Below, one piece after another: positions 46,711 to 57,031 of a stretch of 64,000 nt of DNA; within the stretch, counting starts at the first letter, position 1; every line of letters begins with the position of its first letter. The notes beneath the pieces were generated by a model. That model made no database searches. It was not told the origin of the DNA and was given only the letters and a program-made list of their open reading frames with translations. The position numbers and the translations under genes are program-made. Location: contig OZ241863.1 in assembly GCA_965203055.1 (NCBI GenBank), positions 1,504,001 through 1,568,000 of the forward strand, read 5' to 3'. Source of the stretch: Spirochaetia bacterium (lineage in GTDB: Bacteria; Spirochaetota; Spirochaetia; SZUA-6; Bin103).

Positions 46711-48171
46711 TCACGCGCGGCGCGCGGCGGCGCGCTGTTCGAAGAACTCCACCAGCCGCGGCGGCGCCTCGATCTCCCGCAGCAGCTCCTCGAAGCGGGC
46801 TTGGCCGGCGGCGAGCGCCGAACTGCCGGCGCCGAGCGGGCGCTCGGCCAACGGGTCCGCCGCGAGATCGAAGAGCTGCGCGGTGCCGTCTTCCCCGATC
46901 GGGGCGTAGCCGTAGTCGCCGGTAATCAGGAACGGCGTGTTTATGCCGCGCGGCCAGTCGCCGCCCGGCGCGAGCTCGCCGGGGCACGATCCGGCGAGGG
47001 CGGCGCCGCGCGGGCCGCCGCCGCGCCCGCGCAGCGCCGCGGCCAGCGAGCGGCCGTGGAGCGGCTCCGGCGTCGCTACCGGGCCGCCGGCCGCCGCCCC
47101 GCTCAAGTCGAACAGCGTCGGCATCAGATCCACCGGCTGGGCGAACACCGGGTGCCGGATGCCCGCGGTAACCCCGGGCGCCGCCACCAGCAGCGGTATG
47201 TGCGACAGCTCCGGCGACAGCGTCCAGTAGCGGCGGTCGTCCGGGTCGCGGTTGATCTTGGAGGTGCGGCCATGCTCACCCAGGGAAGTGCCGTGGTCGG
47301 AGGCGAATACCACCACGCTGTCGTGCCACAGTTCCAGGTCCTCGATCTTCTCCAGGATGCGCCCCACGTGGCGGTCCACCAGCTCGGTCTCCGCCAGGTA
47401 GTGGGCGCGCAGGTTGGCCAGCTCGGCCGGGCGGTAGCGGCTGGCCAGTCCATAGTTGGGCATCAGCATCGGCGTCCCGGTGTAGTCGGGATCGTAGCGC
47501 CGCACCAGGTACTCCGGCGGGTCCCACGGCTCGTGCGGGTCGAAGAAGTCCACCCACAGGAAGAACGGTTGCGGGCTGCGGTAGTTTTCCTCCAGCCAGC
47601 GCACCGTAGTGCGCGCGGTGCGGTAGGAAAAGGTCTGTTCCTCCAGCTCGAAGTAGCGGTTGTGCCAGCGGTGGCGGTCGACCAGGGTAGGGCGCGCCCC
47701 CGGCGGAATGGGAAAGGTCTTGTCGTGCGGCACCACCGCCGGGATCGCGTCGTTGGCGTGCAGCAGCGGGGTATCGCCCTCCTGACCGCGCTCGCAGTAC
47801 CAGGCGTGGAAGCCGGGGAAGAGCGCCAGATTGGGCTGAATCAAGTGCGAGGAGTCGCAGATCAACTGGGTCAGGTAGCCGGCGTCCGCGAACAGCCGCG
47901 CCAGGTGGTTGGCGCTCGACTGCGCGACCGGCTGCCACGGAAACCGCGGCCAGCCGGCGCGCCCGGTCGCGACGTCGGTGCGGTTGGGGCCGGTGGGGAA
48001 GCTGCCGCAATAGTAGCGCTCCACCGACGCGGCGCGCTCGGCGAAGAACCGATCCAGATGCGGGGTGCGCGGCCCGCCTTGCGCTGGGGGCCGCAGATTG
48101 TCGCGCCGGAACGTGTCGGCGATGATCAGGATGACGTTGCGCCGATCCTGCCCGGTGCCAGGGTCTCTCAT
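46711..48171 (-). CDS. Sulfatase-like alkaline-phosphatase-superfamily hydrolase
   Basis: NVILIIADTFR, T-G-P-N-R...TG at the catalytic motif, FDPHEPW, FASDHG..LGEH, DLMPTL. Confidence 0.88.
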   Translation of the reverse strand: MRDPGTGQDRRNVILIIADTFRRDNLRPPAQGGPRTPHLDRFFAERAASVERYYCGSFPTGPNRTDVATGRAGWPRFPWQPVAQSSANHLARLFADAGYLTQLICDSSHLIQPNLALFPGFHAWYCERGQEGDTPLLHANDAIPAVVPHDKTFPIPPGARPTLVDRHRWHNRYFELEEQTFSYRTARTTVRWLEENYRSPQPFFLWVDFFDPHEPWDPPEYLVRRYDPDYTGTPMLMPNYGLASRYRPAELANLRAHYLAETELVDRHVGRILEKIEDLELWHDSVVVFASDHGTSLGEHGRTSKINRDPDDRRYWTLSPELSHIPLLVAAPGVTAGIRHPVFAQPVDLMPTLFDLSGAAAGGPVATPEPLHGRSLAAALRGRGGGPRGAALAGSCPGELAPGGDWPRGINTPFLITGDYGYAPIGEDGTAQLFDLAADPLAERPLGAGSSALAAGQARFEELLREIEAPPRLVEFFEQRAAARRA

Positions 48172-48228
48172 GGGTGAAGGTCCGCCCGCCAGCATAGCAC
48201 GCGGCGCGGCCGCGCGCTTGCCGCCGGT

Positions 48229-48996
<768 letters not shown>

Positions 48997-49015
48997 CTTC
49001 GCTTCGCTCCCGCAT

Positions 49016-50170
49016 TTACAGCCGCCGGCGGATGAACGAGTTCAACACCGCCGCGCCGACGATCGTGAGACCGACGATCGTCAGAAAATTGTCGGACGAG
49101 GTCAATCGCACCAGATAGATCCCCAACCCCGGAATCTCGCCGATGAACGAGTTTTGCAGCGGGTTGGAGAGCAGCACCACGCCGCTGCGCAGGGTGGAGA
49201 TGGTCAACACCCCCACCAAGCCGCCCAGCACGCTGCCATAGCCGCCGGTCAGCAGGCAGCCGCCCACCACGGCCGCGGCGATGGCGAGCAGCTCCTGCTG
49301 CTGCCCGGAGTTGCCCTGCACCCGGCCGAACTGGCTGAACAACACCACGCCGGCGATCCCGGCGAACAACCCGGTCAGGGCGAACCCCGAGATCTTGACC
49401 CGGCGCACGTTGATGCCCTGCGCGCGCGCCGCCTGCTCGTTGCCGCCCACCGCGAACACCCGGTTGCCGTAGCGGGTGCGGGTCAGCACGAACTGCATCA
49501 GCAGCGCCAACCCGATCATCCAGAACACGGAAACCCGCAGATTGCCCAACGGCCCGGCGATGCCGGCGTTGAAGTCGCGCAGGCGGCCGCTGAACACCTG
49601 AAACAGGGCGACTTCCTGCGCCGCCTCGCGGCTGGCTTCGAACGACTGATTGCCGGAGTACACCGACACCAGCCACAGGAAGATGAACAGGGTGCCCAGG
49701 GTGGCGATGAAGGAGGGGATGCGGGTGGTGGTCACGATCAACCCGTTGACCGCGCCCAGCGCGGCGCAGCCGAGCAGGGCCAGCAGCAAGGCGGCCAGCG
49801 GCGGCAGCGGCGCGCCCACCGGGAGCAGCCCGCCCAGCAGGGTGGTGCCGCCGATCGACAGGGTGCCGAACAGGTACCCGCCCAGCGCCAGGATCGGCCC
49901 CACCGACAGATCGAACTCGCCGTTGATCATCAGCATGACCACGGCGAGCACGATGATGCCGGTGAGCACCGAGCCATTCAGGATGCTCACCAGGGTGCGC
50001 AGGGTGAGCGCCCCCCGGGCATCGAACAGAAAGTAGAATCCGTTGACCACGCCCGGGACCGACAGCACGCAGAACAGCGCCAGCAGCAGCCCCAGGATCG
50101 CGGCCGGGATGCCCGCCGGCGTGCCGAGCACGATATGCAAGATACCGCGCCGGCGCGCCGGGGAGGGCAT
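49016..50170 (-). CDS. Sugar ABC transporter permease (RbsC-like)
   Basis: GEFDLSVG, PSFIATLG, TRYGNRVFAVGGN, AIAAAVVGG. Confidence 0.92.
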   Translation of the reverse strand: MPSPARRRGILHIVLGTPAGIPAAILGLLLALFCVLSVPGVVNGFYFLFDARGALTLRTLVSILNGSVLTGIIVLAVVMLMINGEFDLSVGPILALGGYLFGTLSIGGTTLLGGLLPVGAPLPPLAALLLALLGCAALGAVNGLIVTTTRIPSFIATLGTLFIFLWLVSVYSGNQSFEASREAAQEVALFQVFSGRLRDFNAGIAGPLGNLRVSVFWMIGLALLMQFVLTRTRYGNRVFAVGGNEQAARAQGINVRRVKISGFALTGLFAGIAGVVLFSQFGRVQGNSGQQQELLAIAAAVVGGCLLTGGYGSVLGGLVGVLTISTLRSGVVLLSNPLQNSFIGEIPGLGIYLVRLTSSDNFLTIVGLTIVGAAVLNSFIRRRL

Positions 50171-50171
50171 C

Positions 50172-52127
50172 CTAATTGAGCCCCTCGCTCTCCAGGAAGT
50201 CGTAGAACGGCGTGGCGCTGTTGGGCCCCAGCGTGAAGAAGATGTTGGTGTCCGGGTTGCCGGCGTAGAAGTCGCTGATCACCTGCGCCGACGCGGCGAC
50301 GTCGTCGCTGATGCTCAGCACCCCGTTGCTGCCGGCCAGGGCGATGCCGGCCTCGCGCATGGCGTCGGCGAAGCCGCTGCAGCGCGCGTCCAGGCCGATG
50401 TGCCCCACCTGATGGTTCACGCAGACCCCCTTCGAGCCGGCCGGCGCCGCCTGCGCCAGGAACTTGCCGCCGGCGTAGCCGCCGTCATACTCCCGCTGGC
50501 CGATGTAGGTGCCGTAGGGAATCCGGTCGGAGTCGGGGCCGTCGCCGGCGTTGAACCCGACCACCGGGATGCCGTCGGCCAGCACCCGCTTCACCGAGTC
50601 ACGCAGAATGTCGGCGTTGGTGATGGTAATCGCCATCCCGTCCGGCTGATCCGCGCGCGCCTGGTCCACCAGCCGCGCCACTTCGTTCACGTCGAACGCG
50701 TCGGGCGCCAGGATCTGCAGGTTCACCCCCAGGTTGGCGGCCGCCATGGTCATGGTGTCGCGCATGGTGCACCACCACGAATCCCAGTCGCAGCGCGCAT
50801 GTTGCACCGCGATCAGGTCCACGCTCCGGTTGCGCTGCGCGCCGTATTGATCGACGCTGGTAGGCAGCACGTCGATGTTGGCGCGGGTCACGAAACCGGG
50901 GCCGGTCGGCGTCACCGAGGTGGGCGGCACCGCGCGGAAGCGGTGGTTCAGGTAGAGGATGGTGACTGCGCCGTAGCCTTGCAGGAACGGCTGCTGATCG
51001 ATCCCGAACTCGGTGCGCCCGGAACGGATGTTGCGGGCGATCTCCTGGTTCAGGTCGAAGGTGCCGTGCACGTAGTCGGCGTCCATCATACCCTCCTGCT
51101 CCACGAAGCCGTAGAACGGCGTGGCGCCGTTGGGGCCCAGGGTCAGGAAGATGTCCACCGCCGGGTTGGCGGCGTAGAAGTCGCTGATGGTCTGCTGCGA
51201 GGAAGCGGCGTCGTCGCTCACCGCCAGTACTCCGCTGCTGCCCGCGACTCCGATGCCGGCTTCGCTCAGGGCGTCCACGAACCCCTGGCAGCGCGCGTCC
51301 AGGCCGACGTGCCCCACCGCCTGGTTGATGCACACGCCCAGATGCGATCCGCCGCCGGCGGCCGCGACCAGGCGCCGGCCACCCTCGTAGCCGCCCAGGT
51401 ACTCGTCCTGGCCGAGATAGGTCAGGTAGCCCACCTCGTCCAGCTCCGGGCCCCGCCCGGCGTTGTAGGCGACCACCGGAATGCCGGCGTCCAGCGCGCG
51501 CTGCACCGGCGCCTTGAAGCGCGAGTCGGTGTAGGTGAGCAGGATGCCGTCCGGCTGCGCCGCCACCGCCTGGTCGATCAGCTCGGCCACGCGGTTCAGG
51601 TCGAACGAGTCGGGCCCCAGCACCGTCACCTCGACGCCGGTGTCGGCGGCGGCCTGGGCAATGCCTTCCTCCACCGTGCACCAGAACGAATCCCACGCGC
51701 AGCGCGCGTGCTGCACCGCAATGAACGTCAGCTCCCGATCCGGGTCCACGATGAAGCGGGTAGGCGCCGTGTCGAGGTTGGCGGCGGTGAGGAACGCCGG
51801 CCCGGTGCTGGTCACCTTGGAGGCCGGGCTGATGCCGTAGCGCGCCTCCAGGGTGAGCGCGACGACGGAATTGTAGCCCTGCAGCGCCTGCTGCTGATTC
51901 ACCCCGAACAGCGTCACCCCGGATCTGATGTTGGCGCCGATCTCCTCACTGAAGTCGAACGTGCCATGCAGAATCCCGGACGCCATCTCCATGCCGGCCA
52001 TTTCCATGCCGGCGTCCGCGGCGGCGTCGCCATCTTCCGCGGACGGGCTGGCCATCAGTACGGCCATCCCCCCGAGCAGTCCTGCGGTGACCAGAAGCCA
52101 CCGTATCGATCCGGACCAAACGCGCAT
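50172..52127 (-). CDS. Double sugar ABC substrate-binding protein (type I PBP fold)
   Basis: Signal peptide; two copies of AVQHARC.WDS.WCT...FTLGPN and two of HGTFD...QQ..LQGY...TGP.F.T. Confidence 0.88.
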   Translation of the reverse strand: MRVWSGSIRWLLVTAGLLGGMAVLMASPSAEDGDAAADAGMEMAGMEMASGILHGTFDFSEEIGANIRSGVTLFGVNQQQALQGYNSVVALTLEARYGISPASKVTSTGPAFLTAANLDTAPTRFIVDPDRELTFIAVQHARCAWDSFWCTVEEGIAQAAADTGVEVTVLGPDSFDLNRVAELIDQAVAAQPDGILLTYTDSRFKAPVQRALDAGIPVVAYNAGRGPELDEVGYLTYLGQDEYLGGYEGGRRLVAAAGGGSHLGVCINQAVGHVGLDARCQGFVDALSEAGIGVAGSSGVLAVSDDAASSQQTISDFYAANPAVDIFLTLGPNGATPFYGFVEQEGMMDADYVHGTFDLNQEIARNIRSGRTEFGIDQQPFLQGYGAVTILYLNHRFRAVPPTSVTPTGPGFVTRANIDVLPTSVDQYGAQRNRSVDLIAVQHARCDWDSWWCTMRDTMTMAAANLGVNLQILAPDAFDVNEVARLVDQARADQPDGMAITITNADILRDSVKRVLADGIPVVGFNAGDGPDSDRIPYGTYIGQREYDGGYAGGKFLAQAAPAGSKGVCVNHQVGHIGLDARCSGFADAMREAGIALAGSNGVLSISDDVAASAQVISDFYAGNPDTNIFFTLGPNSATPFYDFLESEGLN

Positions 52128-52201
52128 ATCTCGTTACCTCCTCGATTCGCGTTTCTCGCACTCAATATAGGGCCTCTCCGGCCCGGCGTCTCGCTACTGC
52201 C

Positions 52202-53224
52202 TCAGTCGTCCCCCGCCGCCCGCCCCAGATATTGATTGAGCGCGGCGATGGCGATCAACAGAAATCCGAATACCGCCTGAAAGGTCTCGATCGACAACCC
52301 CACCAGTACCAGCCCCTGGCGCAGCAAGGAGATCATCACGATCCCCAGGCAGGCGCCGGCAACGGTGCCGAATCCGCCGCGCAGCCGCAACCCGCCGATG
52401 ACGCACGCGGCCACCGCGAACAGCTCCCACAGGTTGCCGGCCAGCGGATCGATGGAGGTGCGTTCGGCGAAGTTGATGACCGAGGCGATGGCCACCAGCG
52501 CGCCGACCAGCACGAACGCGATCAGCTTGACGCGGGCGGTCGGCACCCCCTGCGCCTGGGCGGCGTCGCGGTTGCCGCCGGCGGCGAACACCCAGTTGCC
52601 GAAGCGGGTGCGGTGCAGGATGAAGGCGAACACCAGCGCCAGCACCGCGAACCAGATGATGGAGGTGCGGAAGTTGCCGGCCGGCGCCGACAGTTCGTTG
52701 AGGCCGGTAATGCCGGAGTTCAACATGCCGAACAGGAACGGCGGTTCGTCGCTCGCATAGGTCACCACCCGCCCGCCGCCGATGGCGCGGGCCACGCCGC
52801 GGTAGGCCAGCAGCATTCCCAGGGTGATGATGAAGGAGGGGTTGCCCGACTTGACGACCACGGTCCCGTTGAACAGCCCCAGCAACGCGCCGGCGCCCAC
52901 CGCGATGAGCGCCGCCAGCCATACGTTCATGCCGCCCTGGCTGATCATCACTCCGTAGGTGAAGCCCACCACGGCGAAGGTGGAGCCGACCGACAGGTCG
53001 AACTCCCCGGCCACCATGAGGATCGCGACGCCGATTACGATGATCCCGAGGATGACGCTGAAGGTGATGACGTTGGAGATGGAAACGCCGGTCAGCAGCG
53101 TGTCCGGGGTGAGGATGGAGAACATCACCGCCAGGGCGGCGACGCTGATCAGCGCCACCAGCGCCGAGCGCCGCACCAGCAGCGTCTCGACCCGGGCCAA
53201 GGTCCTGCCGACCGGGTGCCGCAT
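52202..53224 (-). CDS. Sugar ABC transporter permease (RbsC-like)
   Basis: GEFDLSVG, PSFIITLG, TRFGNWVFAAGGN, AVAACVIGG. Confidence 0.92.
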   Translation of the reverse strand: MRHPVGRTLARVETLLVRRSALVALISVAALAVMFSILTPDTLLTGVSISNVITFSVILGIIVIGVAILMVAGEFDLSVGSTFAVVGFTYGVMISQGGMNVWLAALIAVGAGALLGLFNGTVVVKSGNPSFIITLGMLLAYRGVARAIGGGRVVTYASDEPPFLFGMLNSGITGLNELSAPAGNFRTSIIWFAVLALVFAFILHRTRFGNWVFAAGGNRDAAQAQGVPTARVKLIAFVLVGALVAIASVINFAERTSIDPLAGNLWELFAVAACVIGGLRLRGGFGTVAGACLGIVMISLLRQGLVLVGLSIETFQAVFGFLLIAIAALNQYLGRAAGDD

Positions 53225-53319
53225 CCCGCAATCCTTCTAGCATGAAACGCCGCTCCGCGCCAACCCGCCCGCGGGCGGGGCGGGCCGGCCCGTCCGTGTC
53301 CTCCGTGCCCGTGGCTCCG

Positions 53320-53348
53320 TTGACGAGGATCACCGGCTCCCGTATACT
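53320..53348 (+). promoter_or_regulatory. Sigma70-type promoter
   Basis: TTGACG-17 nt-TATACT. Confidence 0.75.
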
Positions 53349-53379
53349 CCGTGTCGCCATTGCGATTACGGTGGTGTCC

Positions 53380-53613
53380 ATGCACTTTGCAGTGCTCAGC
53401 GCCATCGAGAGCGTCGAAACAATTGCAATTGGCGGACGGATACGAGAGATCATGAGGCTCCAAAAACAGTACGGTCGCGGACGCTGGCGAAAGCTGAAGG
53501 GCGTTGCGGCCGTCCGGCTTCCCGGTGGCAGCATTCGCAACGCAGAACTGCATTGGTACGAGGCGCATGGAATCGGTAGAGTGAAGATGAAGATCAAGCG
53601 ATTTCTGGACTGA
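53380..53613 (+). CDS. Small basic hypothetical protein (putative toxin)
   Basis: 77 aa, WRKLKG...AELHWYEAHGIG; low GC; follows the promoter. Confidence 0.75.
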   Translation: MHFAVLSAIESVETIAIGGRIREIMRLQKQYGRGRWRKLKGVAAVRLPGGSIRNAELHWYEAHGIGRVKMKIKRFLD

Positions 53614-53617
53614 TAAC

Positions 53618-53830
53618 GTGGCAGATCAGTACGCTTTGTGTATCGAGAATCGAGAGTGCGATGATCTTGAGAAACGGAAGCTCTACCAAGTAATTCCTGA
53701 CGAAGAAGCAGCGAAAGAGGGATACTTGCGCGTCATAGACGAATCACGGGAAGACTACTTGTACCCACAGTCGTACTTTGTGTTCGTCCAAGTACCGCAT
53801 CACGTGCACGCGCTGCTGCGCATGCCATAA
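53618..53830 (+). CDS. Small acidic hypothetical protein (putative antitoxin/immunity)
   Basis: 70 aa, LRVIDES.EDYLYP..YF; low GC; 4 nt after the previous gene. Confidence 0.75.
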   Translation: MADQYALCIENRECDDLEKRKLYQVIPDEEAAKEGYLRVIDESREDYLYPQSYFVFVQVPHHVHALLRMP

Positions 53831-53869
53831 CTGCAGCGTCTACCCAACGTATTCGACGCGCGCGTCCTT

Positions 53870-56800
53870 ATGTTGCCTCCTCCTGATTCACCCGCCGGCA
53901 ACCTCGAACGGCTGACGGCGTTGCTACGGGAGATGTTCCAGCTCGACCGCGGCGACCTCGACTTCGGCCTCTACCGGATCATCAAGCTGCAGGCGGGGGA
54001 GATCACGGCGTTTCTCGACCGCGACCTGCTACCGCAGGTCAAGACCGAGATGGACCTGAGCGGCGCCGGCGAGCTTGCCGCTCTGCAAGCGCAACTGGAG
54101 TCGGCCCGGGAGTCGGCGAGCAGGCTGGGCATCGACCCCGACGCCAACGCTCCGCCGGCGGTCGTCGAGTTGCAGCGCCGCGTTGCCGAGCTGCGCCAGG
54201 ACGCAGCCGCGGAAGCCGACGTCTACAACCACTTGGCCAACTTCTTCGCCCGATACTACGCGGAGGGGGACTTCGTGGCGCAGCGCCGCTACATGAGCGG
54301 CGGGCGCTCCGCATACCTGATTCCCTACGATGGCGAGGAGGTGAAGTTGCACTGGGCCAACGCCGGCCAGTACTACGTCAAGACCACCGAGAATTACGCC
54401 GGCTACGCGTTCACGGCCGGCGCGGGGGAGGCGGCGCGGCGGGTACGCTTCGAGATTGCCGCGGCCGACAGCGCCCGGGACGCCGTCGGGGAGGCCGCCG
54501 GCCGGCAGCGGCGCTTCGTCCTTGCCGGCCGGTCCGGCGGCCGGCCGGCGGTGGAGGAGGGCGAGCTGGTGGTGCGATTCGAGCACCGCCCGCTGACCGA
54601 CCGCGAAAAGAGGCGCTGGCCGGGCAACGGCAACGGCCAGCAGGAACGGATCAACGCCGCGGCCGGCGACCGGATTCTGAGCGCGGTCACCCAGGATTGG
54701 CGGTTCCTGCTGGCGGCGCCGGCGCCTGGGGAGGCCAACGCCGACCGTACCCTGCTGGCCCGTCACCTCGCGCGCTACACCGCCGGCAACAGCTTCGACT
54801 ACTTCATCCACAAGGACCTGGGCGGTTTCCTGCGCCGCGAGCTGGACCTGTACCTGAACCGCGAGGTGCTGAACCCGGATGATCTGGACCGGGGCGGCGC
54901 GCCGCGGCTGGACCGGGCGCTGGCGCGGGTCCGGGCGGTGCGCCGCGTCGGGCGCAAGATCATCGACTTCCTGGCCCGCCTGGAGGACTTTCAGAAGCAG
55001 CTCTGGCTCAAGAAGAAGCTGGTGCTGGAGACGCACTGGTGCGTCACCCTGGATCGCGTCCCGGATTCTTTCCTGCCGGAGATCGCGGCCAACGCGGGGC
55101 AGTGCGACGAGTGGGTGCGCTTGTTCGCGGTGGACCGGATCGAGGGCGACCTGATGAACGGCGGCGCCTGGAAGCAACCGCCGAGCGTCGAGTTGCTCAA
55201 GGCGAACCCCTGCCTCGTGGTGGACACGCGCCACTTCGACCGCGGCTTCACCGACCGCCTGCTGGCGGCGCTGGGGGAGGCCGGCCCGCTGGACGAACAG
55301 ACCGACGGGGTGCTGGTGCAGGGCGAGAACTTCCAGGCGCTGAACCTGCTGCAGGCGCGGTATCGGGGACAGGTGCGGTGCATCTACATCGACCCGCCCT
55401 ACAACACCGATGCGTCCGCGATCCTCTACAAGAACGACTACAAGGACTCCTCCTGGCTGTCGCTGATGGCGGAGGGGCTGCGGCTGGCGCGCGCCTGGCT
55501 GACCGAAGACGGCGTGCTGTGCGCGGCGATCGATGACGAAGAGGTGTCCCTGTTGCGGTTGCTCATGCGCGGTCTGCTGCCGCGCGAGCTGGGAATCGTT
55601 GCGGTCCGCTCCAACCCGGCGGGCAGGAAGTCGCGCGGACAGTTCTCTCCGGCGCACGAATACGCGCTGTTCTTCGGCAATCCGGCGGCCGTGCCGGGCA
55701 CGCTGGACAAGACAGCGCGGGAACTTGCTCGCTACCCGCTGACCGATGACCAGGGCCGGTACGCATGGAACAACCTGATCCGCCATGGATCCGGAGACAG
55801 AAGACATGATCGCCCCACGATGTTCTTTCCGATATACGTCAGCCATGACGACACGATTCGCGTTCCTGAAATGGAGTGGGATTCGGACAAGCAGGAGTAT
55901 GACCTGTCGGAGGAGCCGCGAGACGATGAAGTCGCCGTGTGGCCCATCGTCGTAGCGGACGGCGGCGTAATCGAGAAGCGCTGGCATCGCGGCCCGGAGC
56001 GGGTGAGGGCGGCGCTGCACGACTATCGCGTCCGCCGGAACGGCAAGGAAGGCCCTGCCCGCGGAATAGAGATCGACTTCAAGATTCGTCCCGACCTGGG
56101 CTCGATGCCGAAGACGTGGTGGGACGACGCCAGGTACGCGTCCGCGAATCTCGGCGCCAAGATGCTCAAGGACCTGTTCGGAGACAAGGAGTTCGACTTC
56201 GCCAAGGCCACCGGTCTGGTGGAGGACTGCCTGCGCGCCTCCCGCTGCGGCGCCGGCGCCGTCGTGCTCGACTACTTCGCCGGTTCCGGCACCACCGGCC
56301 ACGCGGTAATCAATCTCAATCGGATCGATGGCGGCGGCCGCCGCTACGTGCTGGTCGAGGTCGGTCGCCACTTCGACACCGTATTGCTGCCGCGTCTGAA
56401 GAAGGCGATCCATTCCCCGGATTGGAAGGAGGGCCGACCGGTCTCCCGCCGCGGTCTCTCGCAACTGTTCAAGTACCTCCGCCTGGAGGCCTACGAAGAT
56501 ACGCTGGAGAGTCTGGAAGCGACCCCGCCGTCGCCCGCACGGCGCGCATTGCTCGCCGCAGCCCCCGACCTGGCGGAGGACTACCGGTTGCGCTACGCGT
56601 TGGGTAGGGAAACCGCCGGCCGCGCCGGCCTGCTTGGCGGGGTGTTCACCGACCCCTTTTCCTACACGGTTGCCGTGATGCGCGGCGGCGCGCGGCGTGA
56701 GGTGCCGGTCGACCTGCCGGAGACCTTCAATTACCTGCTCGGCCTGCGCGTAGCGTCCCGCCGGCGCATCGACGGCGTGTTGGCGATCGCCGGCACCGAC

Positions 56801-57031
56801 CCCGAGGGCCGGCGCTGCCTGATCCTGTGGCGCAGTCTGCGCGCCACGGGCTACGCCGAGCTGGAAGCCTGGTTCATCCGCCATCGCGAGCGGTTTCCGC
56901 GCCCGCTGCACCTCATCTACGTCAATGGCGACCACACCTTGAACGCCCTGCTGCCGCCCGACGAGGCCTGGACCGCGGAACTGATCGAACCGATCTTCCG
57001 CGAACTGATGTTCAAGGAAGAACAACAGTAG
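53870..57031 (+). CDS. Type III R-M-like amino-methyltransferase (Mod)
   Basis: DLDFGLYRI N-terminus, YIDPPYNT motif IV preceding DYFAGSGTTG motif I (beta order). Confidence 0.9.
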   Translation: MLPPPDSPAGNLERLTALLREMFQLDRGDLDFGLYRIIKLQAGEITAFLDRDLLPQVKTEMDLSGAGELAALQAQLESARESASRLGIDPDANAPPAVVELQRRVAELRQDAAAEADVYNHLANFFARYYAEGDFVAQRRYMSGGRSAYLIPYDGEEVKLHWANAGQYYVKTTENYAGYAFTAGAGEAARRVRFEIAAADSARDAVGEAAGRQRRFVLAGRSGGRPAVEEGELVVRFEHRPLTDREKRRWPGNGNGQQERINAAAGDRILSAVTQDWRFLLAAPAPGEANADRTLLARHLARYTAGNSFDYFIHKDLGGFLRRELDLYLNREVLNPDDLDRGGAPRLDRALARVRAVRRVGRKIIDFLARLEDFQKQLWLKKKLVLETHWCVTLDRVPDSFLPEIAANAGQCDEWVRLFAVDRIEGDLMNGGAWKQPPSVELLKANPCLVVDTRHFDRGFTDRLLAALGEAGPLDEQTDGVLVQGENFQALNLLQARYRGQVRCIYIDPPYNTDASAILYKNDYKDSSWLSLMAEGLRLARAWLTEDGVLCAAIDDEEVSLLRLLMRGLLPRELGIVAVRSNPAGRKSRGQFSPAHEYALFFGNPAAVPGTLDKTARELARYPLTDDQGRYAWNNLIRHGSGDRRHDRPTMFFPIYVSHDDTIRVPEMEWDSDKQEYDLSEEPRDDEVAVWPIVVADGGVIEKRWHRGPERVRAALHDYRVRRNGKEGPARGIEIDFKIRPDLGSMPKTWWDDARYASANLGAKMLKDLFGDKEFDFAKATGLVEDCLRASRCGAGAVVLDYFAGSGTTGHAVINLNRIDGGGRRYVLVEVGRHFDTVLLPRLKKAIHSPDWKEGRPVSRRGLSQLFKYLRLEAYEDTLESLEATPPSPARRALLAAAPDLAEDYRLRYALGRETAGRAGLLGGVFTDPFSYTVAVMRGGARREVPVDLPETFNYLLGLRVASRRRIDGVLAIAGTDPEGRRCLILWRSLRATGYAELEAWFIRHRERFPRPLHLIYVNGDHTLNALLPPDEAWTAELIEPIFRELMFKEEQQ

